NCBI GenBank assembly: GCA_039034055.1 | Contig: JBCCBL010000001.1 | Span: 1 to 31,441 of the forward strand | Source: Verrucomicrobiota bacterium | Lineage (GTDB): Bacteria > Verrucomicrobiota > Verrucomicrobiia > Opitutales > JABSRG01 | Direction: 5' to 3' | DNA length: 31,441 nt | Shown here: positions 29,015-31,441 of the stretch, piece by piece | Layout: each line of letters begins with the position of its first letter | Position numbering within the stretch: the stretch's first letter is position 1 | Made by a program: the position numbers and the translations under genes | Notes under the pieces: generated by a model | Databases searched by the model: none | The model's input: the letters and a program-made list of their open reading frames with translations, nothing else | Told to the model about the DNA's origin: nothing

Positions 29015-29138
29015 GCTTTGATGGATAAACAGGATCACTGCCGATTGTCGATAGTGTCTGTTTTTTACGATTATATCAATAAATCCTGATATGTTTATTC
29101 TTGAATATTCAGGGTTTGGGGGCAGTTTTTTGGACGAT

Positions 29139-30311
29139 ATGTCATCTCAGTACATTTTTTCTTCCGAGTCCGTGGGCGAAGGGCATCCAGATAAAGTTGC
29201 CGACTACATTTCAGACAGCATACTTGATGCATGTTTCGAGCAGGACCCTAAAAGTCGTGTGGCTTGCGAAACGCTCGTGAAGAGTAATTGTGTGTTTTTG
29301 GCTGGAGAGATTACCACCAAGGCGAAGATTGACTTTGAGAAGGTCGTACGCGATGCGATTAGCGAAATCGGTTATGTGAACGATGACGATATTTTTCATG
29401 CCGACAAAGTGTTCATTACTAATGCTTTGACCGCTCAGTCCCCCGACATTGCGCAGGGTGTTGACGCTAAGAAGGCGAAAGGCAAAAAGACTGCGGAGCA
29501 GGGCGCGGGAGATCAGGGTATCATGTTTGGGTATGCTTCGACAGAGACCGAAGAGTTGATGCCGGCTCCGGTGATGTTTTCTCACCGCATCATGCGCGAA
29601 CTCTCGCGAGTCCGCAAGGCGGGTCGTCAAGCAAAGTGGCTTCGCCCGGATGCCAAAGCACAAGTAGCGGTCGAATATGTAGACGGCGCGGTGAAGAGCA
29701 TTAAAAATGTTGTCGTTTCGACCCAGCATACCGACGATGTTGATCACGCGACGATTGAGAATTTTATAATCAATAAAATCGTAAAGAAGGTCCTTCCGAA
29801 AACCTTGCTTACTCAAAGCACCGAATATTTGATCAACCCGACCGGCAAATTTGTGATCGGGGGGCCACAGGGTGACGCAGGCCTCACCGGTCGTAAGATT
29901 ATCGTGGATACATACGGGGGAATGGGTCGCCATGGAGGAGGAGCTTTTTCTGGTAAAGATCCTTCGAAAGTAGATCGTTCCGCAGCTTACATGTGCCGCT
30001 GGGTCGCGAAAAATGTGGTGGCTGCCGGGTTAGCGAAAACCGTGGAGGTGCAGGCGGCTTATGCGATTGGGCATCCCCATCCGACGAGTGTATTCGTGAA
30101 TACATTTGGAACCGGGACCGTATCCGACGATAAAATTGCCAAGGCGTTGACTCAGGTTTTTAGCTTTAAGCCGGCGGATATCGTGAAACAGCTTAAGTTA
30201 CTTCGACCGATTTATAAAGATACCACGTTCTACGGCCATTTCGGAAAAGCCGAATTGCCATGGGAGCAGACTAACAAGGCCGCCGCACTCAAAAAAGCGG
30301 TGAGCGCCTAA
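29139..30311 (+). CDS. metK: S-adenosylmethionine synthetase
   Basis: Motifs [28 protein letters not shown] and [12 protein letters not shown] at 29139. Confidence 0.98.
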   Translation: MSSQYIFSSESVGEGHPDKVADYISDSILDACFEQDPKSRVACETLVKSNCVFLAGEITTKAKIDFEKVVRDAISEIGYVNDDDIFHADKVFITNALTAQSPDIAQGVDAKKAKGKKTAEQGAGDQGIMFGYASTETEELMPAPVMFSHRIMRELSRVRKAGRQAKWLRPDAKAQVAVEYVDGAVKSIKNVVVSTQHTDDVDHATIENFIINKIVKKVLPKTLLTQSTEYLINPTGKFVIGGPQGDAGLTGRKIIVDTYGGMGRHGGGAFSGKDPSKVDRSAAYMCRWVAKNVVAAGLAKTVEVQAAYAIGHPHPTSVFVNTFGTGTVSDDKIAKALTQVFSFKPADIVKQLKLLRPIYKDTTFYGHFGKAELPWEQTNKAAALKKAVSA

Positions 30312-30351
30312 GCTAAGAAATTTGATTCGTTAACCTTTTAAAAATCAAAAA

Positions 30352-31332
30352 ATGTCTACCGAAACCCTTACAGCCCAAGACTTCAAAGTCGCGGACCTTT
30401 CTCTTGCAGATTGGGGCCGCAAAGAAATTGCTATTGCCGAAAAAGAAATGCCCGGCTTGATGGCTACTCGCGAGAAATACGGACCCGAAAAGCCCCTCTC
30501 CGGGGTACGCATCATGGGTTCCCTCCACATGACTATCCAGACCGCGGTCCTAATCGAAACTCTGGTGGCTCTGGGAGCAGACGTTCGCTGGTGCTCGTGT
30601 AATATTTTTTCAACACAGGATCATGCTGCGGCTGCAATTGCAGTTTCCGGCGTGCCGGTTTTTGCCTGGAAGGGAGAAACACTCGAAGAGTATTGGGAGT
30701 GCACTTACAGCGCCTTGACCTGGCCGGATGGTAAGGGGCCCCAACTCATCGTAGATGATGGTGGCGATGCGACACTGCTTATCCACAAGGGATATGAATT
30801 GGAGACTGAGAACGACGACTGGGTCAACTCGGAGTCGGAGAGCGATGAAGAAGCAGTCATCAAAAACCTCCTCAAGAGCGTGAATTCCGAAGATCCGCTT
30901 CACTGGTCCAAAGTGGTCAAGGAATGGAAAGGGGTGTCTGAGGAAACGACTACTGGAGTGCATCGTCTCTACAAAATGCAGGAGGAGGGTAAGTTGCTCG
31001 TCCCTGCAATCAACGTGAATGACTCGGTCACTAAGTCAAAATTCGATAATCTATACGGATGCCGCGAGTCATTGATCGACGGAATCAAGCGTGCTACGGA
31101 TGTGATGATCGCTGGTAAAGTAGCGGTTGTATGCGGCTATGGTGATGTAGGTAAAGGGTGTGCCCAAGCGCTCAAGGGAATGGGTGCGCAGATCATCGTG
31201 ACAGAAGTAGATCCGATCTGCGCGCTTCAAGCGGCGATGGAAGGCCACAAGGTCACGACCATTGAGGATGCGCTTCCAATCGCTGATATCTATGTCACAA
31301 CGACTGGTAACAAAGATATTATTACATTCGAC
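30352..31332 (+). CDS. ahcY: Adenosylhomocysteinase (similarity stops at about 31332; 3' part absent)
   Basis: Hand translation gives [61 protein letters not shown] and TTTGNKDII; 327 codons. Confidence 0.95.
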
Positions 31333-31343
31333 CGAATCTGGCT

Positions 31344-31441
31344 CAACCCAAAGATGCTGACGAGGGTATCCAGGCGGTCTGCAATGCCGACAACCTGCCC
31401 GGTCACCGTCTTCGGCATGGAATCGCCAGCGCCCTTCGGCA
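31344..31441 (-). other. glyS: Fragment of a glycyl-tRNA synthetase beta subunit CDS joined to ahcY
   Basis: The minus strand from 31439 reads [32 protein letters not shown], matching the GlyRS-beta HD-like segment (..YLP...D.LP....G.VV.IAD.LDTLV..FG). Only 32 aa are available. Confidence 0.75.

Noticed and set aside
29015-29138. Possible SAM riboswitch upstream of metK or SAH riboswitch before ahcY
   Set aside because: No recognisable aptamer consensus in this AT-rich leader, and the metK-ahcY gap is only 40 nt.
31333-31441. Novel C-terminal extension of AhcY
   Set aside because: Better explained as the antisense reading of a glyS fragment at a junction (see findings).

Overview
Bacterial chromosomal window, most consistent with a Verrucomicrobiota (Opitutales-like) genome. 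This taxonomy is an inference from the PEP-CTERM protein, Cys-type sulfatases, propeller-type sensor kinase and gene content. Housekeeping flanks are pheA (partial), scpB, ilvD, pgi, a HAD hydrolase, a ROK kinase, hemW, ruvB, a GNAT and a murA-like gene on the left, and tpiA, pgk, gap, thiN, metK and ahcY on the right. They enclose an accessory block of about 10.6 kb (about 13.75-24.4 kb). The block holds two secreted sulfatases, a hybrid two-component system split into two genes one base away from a fusion, and an IS630 remnant. It also holds a three-copy tandem family of an uncharacterised exported protein: one copy is PEP-CTERM anchored, one is unanchored and more basic, and one is a decayed pseudogene that the ORF track does not show as a gene. 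The two intact copies share a 25-nt upstream motif. The last ~100 nt are not a continuation of ahcY but an opposite-strand fragment of a glycyl-tRNA synthetase beta subunit, so the window probably ends in a chimeric junction. pheA and ahcY are missing from the supplied ORF track because they run off the window edges; I translated them by hand. No rRNA, tRNA or CRISPR array was seen.
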